44,050 nucleotides of DNA. Source: Methylotenera sp. Lineage in GTDB: Bacteria > Pseudomonadota > Gammaproteobacteria > Burkholderiales > Methylophilaceae. The stretch is from positions 1-44,050 of the forward strand of contig SXVG01000023.1 of assembly GCA_005791685.1 (NCBI GenBank). The letters are read 5' to 3'. A program made the translations under genes and the position numbers. Below are positions 19,459 through 28,371 of this stretch, one piece after another (within the stretch, counting starts at the first letter, position 1; each line of letters begins with the position of its first letter). Under the pieces are notes generated by a model, which worked only from the letters and a program-made list of their open reading frames with translations, searched no databases and was not told where the DNA came from.

Positions 19459-19509
19459 CAATACTTTAAGGCTTAGACTGCAGTGCTCAGTAGAATATTT
19501 TGCAGCGCA

Positions 19510-20022
19510 TTAAATGCCGCCTAGGTCAGCGCCGCTGCTTTTCCACAGTAAATACACGCGGCAATCAAACTCCAGTTGGTGGTAGTTAGGTTCCATGTGC
19601 AAGCACAGTTGATAGAAGGCTTTGTCGTGCTGGCGTTCTTTTAAGTGGGCCAATTCATGCACGACTATCATGCGCAAGAAGTCCGCCGGACTGCTTTTAA
19701 AAAAGCTGGCGATGCGAATTTCTTTTTTGGCCTTGAGCTTCGTGCCTTGTACCCTGGAGATGGCGGTGTTAAGCCCCAGTGCATGATGATCTAGACTAAG
19801 CCTGTTGTCGTAATGCACTTTGTCTAAGAGTGGGGCGTTGCGTAAGAAAGCTTGCCTGATGTCGTTGCTGTATTGATAAAGGGCTTTATCGGTTTGCACG
19901 CTGTGTAATATTGGGTAGCGCTGGCTGATGTAGTCGCCTAACTGACCCTGTGCTTGCAACTGCCTAATTTTATCCTGCAAGTGCGCAGGGTAGTGTTGCA
20001 GGTATTTAAGCGGTGCGGTCAT
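19510..20022 (-). CDS. ygjP: YgjP-like zinc metallohydrolase (DUF45/M48-like)
   Basis: LKYL..YP, KLKAKKEIRIA, MIVVHELAHLKE..H.KAFYQLC.HMEP.YHQLEFD. Confidence 0.88.
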   Translation of the reverse strand: MTAPLKYLQHYPAHLQDKIRQLQAQGQLGDYISQRYPILHSVQTDKALYQYSNDIRQAFLRNAPLLDKVHYDNRLSLDHHALGLNTAISRVQGTKLKAKKEIRIASFFKSSPADFLRMIVVHELAHLKERQHDKAFYQLCLHMEPNYHQLEFDCRVYLLWKSSGADLGGI

Positions 20023-20046
20023 GTTAATGTGTTGGGCAGGAAATAC

Positions 20047-20069
20047 AAAAGGAGGCCTAAGCCTCCTTT
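20047..20069 (-). terminator. Intrinsic terminator after fdxA (may be bidirectional)
   Basis: GGAGGC-CTAA-GCCTCC stem flanked by A and T tracts. Confidence 0.85.
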
Positions 20070-20087
20070 ATTATCAGCCCTGCTGCG

Positions 20088-20411
20088 TTATTCGATTAAT
20101 AAATCGCGTTTGCCCGGTACACCGTTCATGGCATCGGCATCGTCTAAAGCAGCTTTGCGTGAGGTGATGACAGGCCAGAGTGCCGACAAGCGTGCATTCA
20201 GCGCAATGAATTCTTGCTGATCGGCCGGCACATCGTCTTCGGCGAAGATGGCTTCTGCCGGGCATTCTGCTACGCACAAGGTGCAGTCTATGCATTCGTC
20301 TGGGTTGATGGCGAGAAAGTTAGGGCCTTCGACAAAGCAATCGACGGGGCAGACATCGACGCAATCGGTAAATTTGCATTGAATACAGTTTTCAGTAACG
20401 ACGTAAGTCAT
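20088..20411 (-). CDS. fdxA: 7Fe ([3Fe-4S][4Fe-4S]) ferredoxin FdxA
   Basis: [18 protein letters not shown] and [12 protein letters not shown] motifs; 107 aa. Confidence 0.96.
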   Translation of the reverse strand: MTYVVTENCIQCKFTDCVDVCPVDCFVEGPNFLAINPDECIDCTLCVAECPAEAIFAEDDVPADQQEFIALNARLSALWPVITSRKAALDDADAMNGVPGKRDLLIE

Positions 20412-20515
20412 GTTTTATTCCTTAATAGCTAAATTTTGCTTATGGCTTATTTTAATGGAAATCGCGGTTTAATTAAATCAAAAATTTCAGCAGTAGCGGT
20501 GTCGCGCGTCTTGCT

Positions 20516-21802
20516 TTAAGCAATCATGCCGGCACCGACGGTATTGTTGGTGCTTTCGTCGATAATGATAAAGGCCCCGGTGGCACGATTAACGCTGTAC
20601 GGGTCTACCATCAGCGACTGCGCCAATTTAAAGCTGATGCGGGCAATGTCGTTCATTTTTAAATCACTGCTGGCTTGTTGCTCTAAGGTGTTGACGTCGA
20701 CCTTGTACTGTATGGCCGCCACTTTGGCTTTGGATTCGCGGGTGGTGTGGCGTATCACGTAGGTGCGCGCGGTCGATAAAGGTGTTTCGGATAGCCAGCA
20801 GACAAAGGCTTCGATTTGTTTAACCGGTTCTTGTGCTTCATGGCTTTTGACTATCATGTCGCCGCGTGAGGTGTCGATTTCGTCTTCCAATAGCAAGGTG
20901 ATGCTTTGCTCGGTTTTGGCGGTTTGCAATTGGGTTTCACCCAGTTGTATGGCTTTGACTTTAGATTGGTAGCCGTTAGGCAACACCGTCACGGCATCGC
21001 CGACCGCGATCTCACCAGACTCTATGCGCCCCATAAAGCCACGGAAGTCATGTAAATCAGCGTCGGCGCTGGCATGCGGGCGGCAGACGAATTGCACTGG
21101 GAAGCGGAATGCTTCCTTGCCTTCGGTGTGCGCCGCCGGGGCTTTTTCCAGCATTTCCAACAAGGTTTCGCCTTTGTACCAATCCATGTTATGCAAACGA
21201 TCAACCAGCATGTCGCCAGCCAAAGCCGACAAGGGGATGAAACGGATGTCGCGGGCCTGGGCCAAGCCTATATCTTTGGCGAAAGCTAAATAATCGGCAC
21301 AAATTTTGTCGTATGTGGCTTGGTCGTAGTCAACCAAGTCCATTTTGTTCACCGCCACCACGATGTGTTGTATGCCCACTAGATGCGCCAAATAGCTGTG
21401 GCGACGGGTTTGCGTGAGCACGCCACGGCGTGCGTCTATCAATATGATGGCAAGGTTGGCGGTGGAGGCGGCCGTGACCATGTTGCGCGTGTATTGCTCG
21501 TGGCCAGGCGCATCGGCAATGATGTATTTGCGGGTGCCGGTTGAGAAATAGCGGTAGGCCACGTCTATGGTGATGCCTTGTTCACGTTCGGCTTGCAAGC
21601 CGTCGGTTAACAGCGACAAATCCACCGCGCTAAGCCCACGTTTTTCCGAGGTGCGTGACATTTGCGTCAAGGTGTCGGCTAGAATAGTTTTGCTGTCGAA
21701 TAGCAAGCGGCCGATTAGCGTACTTTTGCCGTCATCGACTGAGCCGCAGGTCATGAAGCGCAATAAGCTGTCGTTATGGTGTGTGTCGTTATGAGTGGTC
21801 AT
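20516..21802 (-). CDS. cysN: Sulfate adenylyltransferase subunit 1 (GTPase), without an APS-kinase domain
   Basis: CGSVDDGKST, EREQGITIDVAYRYF, DAPGHEQY, NKMD; ends TVGAGMI. Confidence 0.97.
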   Translation of the reverse strand: MTTHNDTHHNDSLLRFMTCGSVDDGKSTLIGRLLFDSKTILADTLTQMSRTSEKRGLSAVDLSLLTDGLQAEREQGITIDVAYRYFSTGTRKYIIADAPGHEQYTRNMVTAASTANLAIILIDARRGVLTQTRRHSYLAHLVGIQHIVVAVNKMDLVDYDQATYDKICADYLAFAKDIGLAQARDIRFIPLSALAGDMLVDRLHNMDWYKGETLLEMLEKAPAAHTEGKEAFRFPVQFVCRPHASADADLHDFRGFMGRIESGEIAVGDAVTVLPNGYQSKVKAIQLGETQLQTAKTEQSITLLLEDEIDTSRGDMIVKSHEAQEPVKQIEAFVCWLSETPLSTARTYVIRHTTRESKAKVAAIQYKVDVNTLEQQASSDLKMNDIARISFKLAQSLMVDPYSVNRATGAFIIIDESTNNTVGAGMIA

Positions 21803-21856
21803 AGTGTCTGTGTTTTAAATTCAATGTTCAGTAAGGCCATGGCGCCAGTGGCGAAA

Positions 21857-22798
21857 TTAAAAGTAGCCTTCCTTTTTACGTTGTTCCATGGAGGCGTCCG
21901 ATGTTTGGTCGTCTAAACGGGTGGCACCGCGTTCGGTAATGGTGGAGGTGGCGGTCTCCAGCACGATTTTTTCTATGCTGTCGGCATCGGATAACACTGG
22001 CGCCGTGCAACTGATGTCGCCCACGGTTCTAAAGCGTACTTGCATATTGATGATGTCTTCACCGGCTTTAGCGGGGTTAGCGATGTCGCCATTGACCAAG
22101 GGCACGTTGACCGGCACGATGGATCCGCCGCGCATCACCACGTCGCGTTGATGGGCAAAATAAATGCTAGGCAAGGCCAGTTTTTCGCGCTCTATGTATT
22201 GCCAAACGTCCATTTCCGTCCAGTTGGAAATAGGGAAGGCGCGTATGTTTTCACCTTTATGCGAACGGGCGTTGTACAAATTCCATAATTCTGGGCGTTG
22301 ATTTTTAGGATCCCATTGGCCAAATTCATCGCGGAAACTCATGATGCGTTCCTTGGCGCGGGCTTTTTCTTCATCGCGTCTGGCGCCGCCTATGCAGCAA
22401 TCAAAGCCGAACTCTTCTATGGCTTCTAGCAAAGTCACGGATTGGTGTTTGTTGCGCGATTCGTCGGCCGATTTCAGTACCACTGTGCCGCGTTGCATGG
22501 AGTCTTCCACCGAACGCACGATTAAGCGTTCGCCTAATTCGGCAGCGCGTTGGTCACGGAAATCGATGACTTCCTGGTAGTTGTGGCCGGTGTCGATGTG
22601 CATCAATGGAAAGGGGAAACGCCCTGGTCTAAAGGCTTTCTCGGCCAAGCGCAATATGCACAAGGAATCTTTACCGCCAGAAAATAGCAAGACCGGGTTG
22701 CTGCATTGCCCTGCCACCTCACGCAAGATGTGTATGGCTTCGGATTCTAGCCAATCCAAATGGGATAAGGCTTGCTGTTTTGATGTGTGTATCGTCAT
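21857..22798 (-). CDS. cysD: Sulfate adenylyltransferase subunit 2
   Basis: LESEAIHILRE, SGGKDS, GGARRDEEKARAKER, MEQRKKEGYF. Confidence 0.98.
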   Translation of the reverse strand: MTIHTSKQQALSHLDWLESEAIHILREVAGQCSNPVLLFSGGKDSLCILRLAEKAFRPGRFPFPLMHIDTGHNYQEVIDFRDQRAAELGERLIVRSVEDSMQRGTVVLKSADESRNKHQSVTLLEAIEEFGFDCCIGGARRDEEKARAKERIMSFRDEFGQWDPKNQRPELWNLYNARSHKGENIRAFPISNWTEMDVWQYIEREKLALPSIYFAHQRDVVMRGGSIVPVNVPLVNGDIANPAKAGEDIINMQVRFRTVGDISCTAPVLSDADSIEKIVLETATSTITERGATRLDDQTSDASMEQRKKEGYF

Positions 22799-22801
22799 AA
22801 G

Positions 22802-23557
22802 TTATTTTTTTACGTGTAATCCGCATTCTTTGTTTAAAGGGTCTTCCCACCACCAGCGCCCAGCGCGGACGTCTTCGCCCATGGCTATGGCGCGCGTGCA
22901 AGGCGCGCAGCCTATGCTGGGGTAAAACTGCTCGTGCAGTTGGTTGTAAGGCACTTGGTGTAAGTGCACGTAGGCCCACACTTCTTGCTCGGTCCAATCG
23001 CTTAATGGGTTGAATTTTTCCAGTTTATTGCCTTCGTCAAATTCGCGCACCGGTAGGCTTGCTCGGGTGCTGGCTTGTGCAGCACGCATGCCGGTGACCC
23101 AAGCGTCTTGGCCAGCCAGTGCCCGTTGTAAGGGCTCTACTTTGCGCATGTAGCAACAGCTTTTACGTAAGTCTATGCTGTCGTAAAACGCATTGATGCC
23201 ATGCTCTTTAATGTAAGTCTCAACCGCCGCGTGTTGTGGGAAGTAGACGTCCAGCTTGGTTTGGTAATGGCTTTCCACTTGCGCCATTAAGTCGTAGGTT
23301 TCAACGGGCAGGCGGCCGGTATCCAAGGAGAAAATACGGATAGCCAATTGATTACGCAAAATAATGTCGGTCAGCACCATGTCTTCGGCACCAAAGCTAT
23401 TGGCAAAGCTAATGCGATTTAACGTCAGACTGGCATCTTTTAATAAGCGCAGTACTTGCTCGGCTTTTTGCTCAACGCTGGCTGCTAGCTCAGTCGTCAA
23501 TTCAGGATGAATGGCCGGATTGCGGGCCTTGCTTGTTATTGAAGAAGTGGCTGACAT
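22802..23557 (-). CDS. cysH: Adenylylsulfate (APS) reductase, CysH family, [4Fe-4S] type
   Basis: CC pair (KSCCYMRK), SIGCAPCT, RAGRWWWE, KECGLH. Confidence 0.95.
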   Translation of the reverse strand: MSATSSITSKARNPAIHPELTTELAASVEQKAEQVLRLLKDASLTLNRISFANSFGAEDMVLTDIILRNQLAIRIFSLDTGRLPVETYDLMAQVESHYQTKLDVYFPQHAAVETYIKEHGINAFYDSIDLRKSCCYMRKVEPLQRALAGQDAWVTGMRAAQASTRASLPVREFDEGNKLEKFNPLSDWTEQEVWAYVHLHQVPYNQLHEQFYPSIGCAPCTRAIAMGEDVRAGRWWWEDPLNKECGLHVKK

Positions 23558-23562
23558 GTCGC

Positions 23563-24174
23563 TTACCTGTTGTAGCGCCTAAAGGCTGGCCGCGCTTCAT
23601 CGACGGCGCCTTGGTAGGGTGCGCTAAAGTCATTCAAGCTGGCTAGGGCATCCGTGGCACTGCGGTCGGCGCGCAGAGCAAAGCTGTTAAAGCCGCTGCG
23701 TTTGAGGAAAAACAATTGGTCGCGTAGCACGTCACCTAGCGCGCGCAATTCGTTTTTAAAGCCGTAGCGGCTGCGCAATAAAGTGCCCAGTGAGAAGATG
23801 CGGCCATCGGCAAAGCGCTCCACGTGCACGGCAATAATCGGCAGTGCATTTAAATTGGCTTGCGCCTGACTTAAGTCGCTTAATGATTCGTGGGTGTCTA
23901 GCCACACACCGATTTCTTGCTTGGCTAGGCGCGTTTGCAATTCTGCGCGTCTGGCGATGAATACCGTTAGCGGGACAATCACTTTGCCGCTGGCTGGAAT
24001 AAGCGTGCCCGCGATCTGTTCTGGTGTGACGGTTTGCTCGCCGGTTAATTTAAACAAGACGATCTTGCCGGCTTGTTTGCGCACTTCCTGTTGCGAAGCG
24101 GGCAATTGGACTAATTGCCAGGCATCATCGCTGATTTGTGCGCCATCGCTTTGCAGGGTGATTAAATGGCTCAT
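23563..24174 (-). CDS. DUF934 family protein (sulfite reductase-associated)
   Basis: F.DGR..S....LR.RYGF..ELRA.GDVLRDQL..L.R.GF signature; coupled to cysI. Confidence 0.92.
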   Translation of the reverse strand: MSHLITLQSDGAQISDDAWQLVQLPASQQEVRKQAGKIVLFKLTGEQTVTPEQIAGTLIPASGKVIVPLTVFIARRAELQTRLAKQEIGVWLDTHESLSDLSQAQANLNALPIIAVHVERFADGRIFSLGTLLRSRYGFKNELRALGDVLRDQLFFLKRSGFNSFALRADRSATDALASLNDFSAPYQGAVDEARPAFRRYNR

Positions 24175-25853
24175 GCCTGTACCTCCGCTTTAGCGGTATT
24201 CTTGTCGGCGTAGACTTGCGCCTTAAATGGCGCTATGCCTAAGCGTCGCACCGTGTCTATGAAGCGCTCTTCGCCGTTGCGCTCGTTCAGGTAGACCTCT
24301 ATGAGTTTTTCCACGACTTGCGGCATTTCTTCAGCCGAGAAAGAGGGCCCTATGACCGCGCCTATGCTGGCGTTATTGCCTTGGCTACCGCCTAAGGTCA
24401 CTTGGTACCACTCGGAACCGTCTTTATCTATGCCTAAGATGCCTATGTGGCCGATATGATGGTGGCCGCAGGCATTCATGCAGCCCGATATATTGAGCTC
24501 AATTTCGCCTATGTCGTGCAAATAATCCAAGTTGTCGAATTGCATTTGTATGGCTTGTGCAATGGGGATGCTCTTGGCATTCGCTAGGCTGCAGAAGTCG
24601 CCACCAGGGCAACAAATGATGTCGGTTAATAAGCCGATATTGGGTGACGCCAAGCCATGCGCGCGGGCTTTTTCCCAAAGCGCAAAGGCGTCAGATAATT
24701 TAACGTCGGCTAAAATCAGATTTTGCTCGTGCGACACGCGTAATTCACCAAAGCTGTATTGCGCCGCCAAGTCAGCCACCGCATGCATTTGTGCGCTGCT
24801 GGCATCCCCCGGCGCTTGGCCGTGGGTTTTGAGCGATAGGGTAACGGCGCGATAGCCGGGTATTTTGTGGGCGTGCAAGCTGCGTTTTGCCCAAGCGGCA
24901 AAGGCCGGATTGCTGGCAATGGCCGCATCAAAGCTGGCATCGTGCTTAGCCAATGCCGCATACGGCATTGGCTCAAAATGTTGCGCCACGCGCGCCAATT
25001 CGGCTTCGGTAATGGTGTTGGGCGCGTCTTGCAAGTGCGCCCATTCGGCTTCCACTTGGCGTTTGAATTCTTCTAGGCCTAAGGCTTTGACCAAGATTTT
25101 GATGCGGGCTTTATAGGCGTTGTCGCGGCGGCCGTGTAGGTTGTAAACGCGGACTATGGCTTCGCAATAGGTGAGGGCGTGTTGCCAGTCTAAGTGTTCA
25201 CGTATGACCGTGCCCAAAATAGGTGTACGGCCTAGCCCACCCCCTACCCAAACTTTGATGGCCAGTTGTTGCTGGGCATCCAGATAGAATTCCATGCCTA
25301 TGTCGTGTGCTTGCACTGCGGCTCTGTCGTCTTTGGTGCCAGACACAGCAATCTTGAATTTGCGTGGCAATAGGGCGAATTCTGGGTGGAAGGTGCTCCA
25401 CTGGCGCATCACTTCTGCCATGGCGCGCGGATCCACCACCTCGTCCGGTGCTACGCCGGCGAATTGATCGGTGGTGATATTGCGTATGCAGTTGCCGGAA
25501 GTTTGGATGGCGTGCATCTCAACGGTGGCCAATTCGGCCAAAATGTCCGGCACGTCGGCAAGCAGTGGCCAGTTAAGCTGCATGTTTTGCCGTGTACTAA
25601 AGTGGCCGTAGGCTTTGTCGTATTTGCTGGCGATGTCGGCCAGTTTGTGCAATTGCTTGCTAGACAACATGCCATAAGGTACGGCGATTCTGAGCATGGG
25701 CGCGTGACGTTGGATGTATAAGCCGTTTTGTAAACGCAAAGGACGGAACTCGTCTTCGCTTAATTCGCCGGCCAAATAACGTCTGGTCTGATCGCGGTAT
25801 TGGGCGACGCGCTGGTCTACGATGTTTTGATCTATTTCGTCATACTTATACAT
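24171..25853 (-). CDS. cysI: Sulfite reductase hemoprotein (siroheme/[4Fe-4S])
   Basis: RLQNGLYIQR, TSGNCIRN, LPRKFKIA, CPGGDFCSLA, SGCMNACG. Confidence 0.95.
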   Translation of the reverse strand: MYKYDEIDQNIVDQRVAQYRDQTRRYLAGELSEDEFRPLRLQNGLYIQRHAPMLRIAVPYGMLSSKQLHKLADIASKYDKAYGHFSTRQNMQLNWPLLADVPDILAELATVEMHAIQTSGNCIRNITTDQFAGVAPDEVVDPRAMAEVMRQWSTFHPEFALLPRKFKIAVSGTKDDRAAVQAHDIGMEFYLDAQQQLAIKVWVGGGLGRTPILGTVIREHLDWQHALTYCEAIVRVYNLHGRRDNAYKARIKILVKALGLEEFKRQVEAEWAHLQDAPNTITEAELARVAQHFEPMPYAALAKHDASFDAAIASNPAFAAWAKRSLHAHKIPGYRAVTLSLKTHGQAPGDASSAQMHAVADLAAQYSFGELRVSHEQNLILADVKLSDAFALWEKARAHGLASPNIGLLTDIICCPGGDFCSLANAKSIPIAQAIQMQFDNLDYLHDIGEIELNISGCMNACGHHHIGHIGILGIDKDGSEWYQVTLGGSQGNNASIGAVIGPSFSAEEMPQVVEKLIEVYLNERNGEERFIDTVRRLGIAPFKAQVYADKNTAKAEVQA

Positions 25854-25942
25854 GGTGTATTTTCTTATGTTCTGCGGTTTCTATGATTATTTAGCTAAAG
25901 TGCGGATTCTATACAATGCGGGCGGCGTCAGCAGCCAGCATT

Positions 25943-26713
25943 TTAATGGAAAACCAGCTTCAGTCCTACAAAAATTAGTATTAATGCCAAGGCGATGCGT
26001 ACCCAATGCTCGGCCAATTTCAAGCTCAAATGGCTGCCTATCCATATGCCGGGGATGGAACCGATTAATAAGGTGCCTAGCAAGCCGTAATCGACCGTGC
26101 CTAGGCTGGCGTGACCCAAGCCTGCCACCAAGGTTAACGGCACGGCATGGGCAATGTCCGAGCCTATGATGGTAGTGATGGCGCGGTTAGGGTAAATGAT
26201 TAATAAGGCCGTCACCCCCAATGCGCCAGCACCCACTGAGGTTAGGGTGACTAAAAAGCCTAAAATCAAGCCCAATAGCAAAGTTAAATAAGGCGCCCAT
26301 TTGGGTTTGATCAGGTGTTCTTTTTTCGATAGCTTGGTTAACTGGTTGCGGAAAAGTACCGACATCGAGGTGATGAGCAAGGCGATGCCTAACCAAAATT
26401 TAATGCTGTTGACGGCGGCATCCGAGGCGATGTCTACGTGCCTTAAGCTGAGCGTGGTGATGATGGAGGCGGGGACGCTGCCGTAAGCTAATAGCCGTAC
26501 TATCTTCCAATCGATGTTACCTAGCTTGCCGTGGGCGAAAATGCCGGCACTTTTGGTGACCGCGGCATACAGCAAGTCCGTGCCAACGGCAAAGGCTGGT
26601 TTGACGTGAAAAAACAACACCAGTATCGGCGTCATCAATGAGCCGCCACCGACGCCGGTTAAGCCCACCAATAGACCTACCAAGAAGCCAGCGACGATGT
26701 AAGCAAATTCCAT
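25943..26713 (-). CDS. TauE/SafE family sulfite/sulfate transporter
   Basis: GLTGVGGGSLMTP, AVGTDL, TSVGAG, G.DIAHAVPL; multi-TM; inside the cys cluster. Confidence 0.92.
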   Translation of the reverse strand: MEFAYIVAGFLVGLLVGLTGVGGGSLMTPILVLFFHVKPAFAVGTDLLYAAVTKSAGIFAHGKLGNIDWKIVRLLAYGSVPASIITTLSLRHVDIASDAAVNSIKFWLGIALLITSMSVLFRNQLTKLSKKEHLIKPKWAPYLTLLLGLILGFLVTLTSVGAGALGVTALLIIYPNRAITTIIGSDIAHAVPLTLVAGLGHASLGTVDYGLLGTLLIGSIPGIWIGSHLSLKLAEHWVRIALALILIFVGLKLVFH

Positions 26714-26784
26714 GAGCAGTGTCCGTTAATTAAGGGGGATTTAAATTTTAGTTGCGCACTATAGCAGTTATAAATCGCTTGTTT

Positions 26785-26801
26785 TAGAATATGTTATTCT
26801 A
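26785..26801. promoter_or_regulatory. Perfect inverted repeat in the divergent tauE/cysB promoter region (candidate CysB site)
   Basis: TAGAATA-tgt-TATTCTA within AT-rich intergenic DNA; a TGcTATAGT -10 on the minus strand lies at 26758-26766. Confidence 0.5.
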
Positions 26802-26857
26802 TACGTATAATTTTTAGTTATATTGGACGCCTTTAGATTCAATGGGGACGGAAAAAT

Positions 26858-27784
26858 ATGAAGCTACAACAATTGCGCTACCTCAATGAAGTGGCGCGCC
26901 AAGACCTCAACATTACCAATGCCGCGGAAGTGTTGTACACCTCGCAGCCTGGGGTGAGTAAACAAATTCAATTGCTTGAAGAAGAGATAGGCTTGCAGAT
27001 TTTTCAGCGCAACGGCAAGCGCTTAACCGGCATCACTGAGCCTGGGCAGCAAATACTGTCCTTGGCCGCTAAAGTGATGCAGCAGGTGGACAACATTAAG
27101 CGGGTGGGCGATGAGTTTGCCCACATCGAAACCGGCACCTTGACCATCGCCACCACGCACACGCAAGCGCGCTATACTTTGCCTGCGGCCGTGAAGGCCT
27201 TTATGACTAAGTACCCACAGGTTAAATTAAACCTGCATCAGGGCAATCCTAAACAAGTGGCTGAACAAGTGGCCAGTGGCGATGCCGACATGGGCATTGC
27301 GACGGAGTACATCAGTGATTTGGACAATGTCTTGTGTTTGCCTTGTTACCAATGGAATCGTTGTGTGGTGGTGCCACAGGGCCACCCCCTGTTATTGGAT
27401 GCGCCACTCACCCTGAAAAAATTGGCATCCTATCCCTTGATTACTTACGATTTTGGTTTTACGGGTGGGTCTTTGGTGTCCAAAACCTTCAGCGATGCCG
27501 GCTTGTCGCCCAATGTGGTGTTGACCGCCATCGATGCGGACGTGATTAAAACCTACGTTAGCTTAGGCCTGGGCGTGGGCTTATTGGCCAATATGGCTTA
27601 CGATATTGAGCGCGATGCCAATTTGGTAAAAGTGGATGTCAGCCATTTATTCGCTGACAGCACGACGTATTTGGGGGTGCGTAAAGATGCTTTTTTGCGC
27701 AGTTATATGTATGGCTTTATTGAATTGCTGGCGCCGCAATTTAATCAACAAGCGGTGAATGCCGCCCTTAAAATAGGTGCATAA
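26858..27784 (+). CDS. cysB: LysR-family regulator CysB
   Basis: MKLQQLRY, YTSQPGVSKQI, ATTHTQARY, DADVIKTYV; divergent from the cys genes. Confidence 0.95.
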   Translation: MKLQQLRYLNEVARQDLNITNAAEVLYTSQPGVSKQIQLLEEEIGLQIFQRNGKRLTGITEPGQQILSLAAKVMQQVDNIKRVGDEFAHIETGTLTIATTHTQARYTLPAAVKAFMTKYPQVKLNLHQGNPKQVAEQVASGDADMGIATEYISDLDNVLCLPCYQWNRCVVVPQGHPLLLDAPLTLKKLASYPLITYDFGFTGGSLVSKTFSDAGLSPNVVLTAIDADVIKTYVSLGLGVGLLANMAYDIERDANLVKVDVSHLFADSTTYLGVRKDAFLRSYMYGFIELLAPQFNQQAVNAALKIGA

Positions 27785-27819
27785 TTAGCACTCGTGCGCA
27801 ATTAACAGCAAAGGGTTTT

Positions 27820-28371
27820 ATGCGGCTATCGGCAGTGGTTTTTTTGATGGTGAGTCTGCTGGTCGCTTGCAGTGTGGTGCAGCCTAAGTCTAACAAGCTG
27901 GCGCTGTCTGGCAAAGTGCAAGTGGGCATGCCGGCTGTAGACACCAGCACGGCCATTTATGAGTTGCCGGTGCGCGAAGGCTTAAGCTACCAAGACGTGG
28001 TGGACAGCTTAAAAAGCCTGGCGCTCGGCATGAATTTTGTTAATCCAGCTAATTTTTCCATCACCGAACACATCAAAAATCGTGGCATCGACCCGCAAGG
28101 CATGAAGGAGGTGCAGAGTTTTTGCAATTTAAGCTTGGGCACGGAGATTTTTTTAGATCATCCGGAATTTCTGGTTTTTGCCCCATGCCGCATCGCTATT
28201 TATGAAAAATCCGATGCCAAGCAAACCATGCGTTTATACATCGCGCTGGCTAGACCCACTTACGATTTAAACAGCATTAAACACCCTAGTTTGCGTGCAC
28301 AGCAAGCCGCACTAGAGCTTGAGAGCAGTTTATTGAATTTGATATACCGAGCCAGTAAGGGGGACTTTTGA
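27820..28371 (+). CDS. DUF302-like lipoprotein
   Basis: Lipobox LLVA-C; SFCNL and APCRIAIYE motifs typical of DUF302 proteins. Confidence 0.7.
   Translation: MRLSAVVFLMVSLLVACSVVQPKSNKLALSGKVQVGMPAVDTSTAIYELPVREGLSYQDVVDSLKSLALGMNFVNPANFSITEHIKNRGIDPQGMKEVQSFCNLSLGTEIFLDHPEFLVFAPCRIAIYEKSDAKQTMRLYIALARPTYDLNSIKHPSLRAQQAALELESSLLNLIYRASKGDF

Noticed and set aside
19223-19510. Genomic island integrated at ffs
   Set aside because: No integrase or direct-repeat att copy; ffs-dnaX synteny is intact.
21842-21855. 14-nt match GCGCCAGTGGCGAA shared with moaE (~33811)
   Set aside because: A few 14-mer matches are expected by chance in 44 kb; one copy is coding and there is no shared context.
25852-26169. 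105-aa plus-strand ORF across the cysI-tauE junction and similar antisense ORFs throughout the window
   Set aside because: They overlap well-supported genes on the opposite strand and lack motifs or an RBS.
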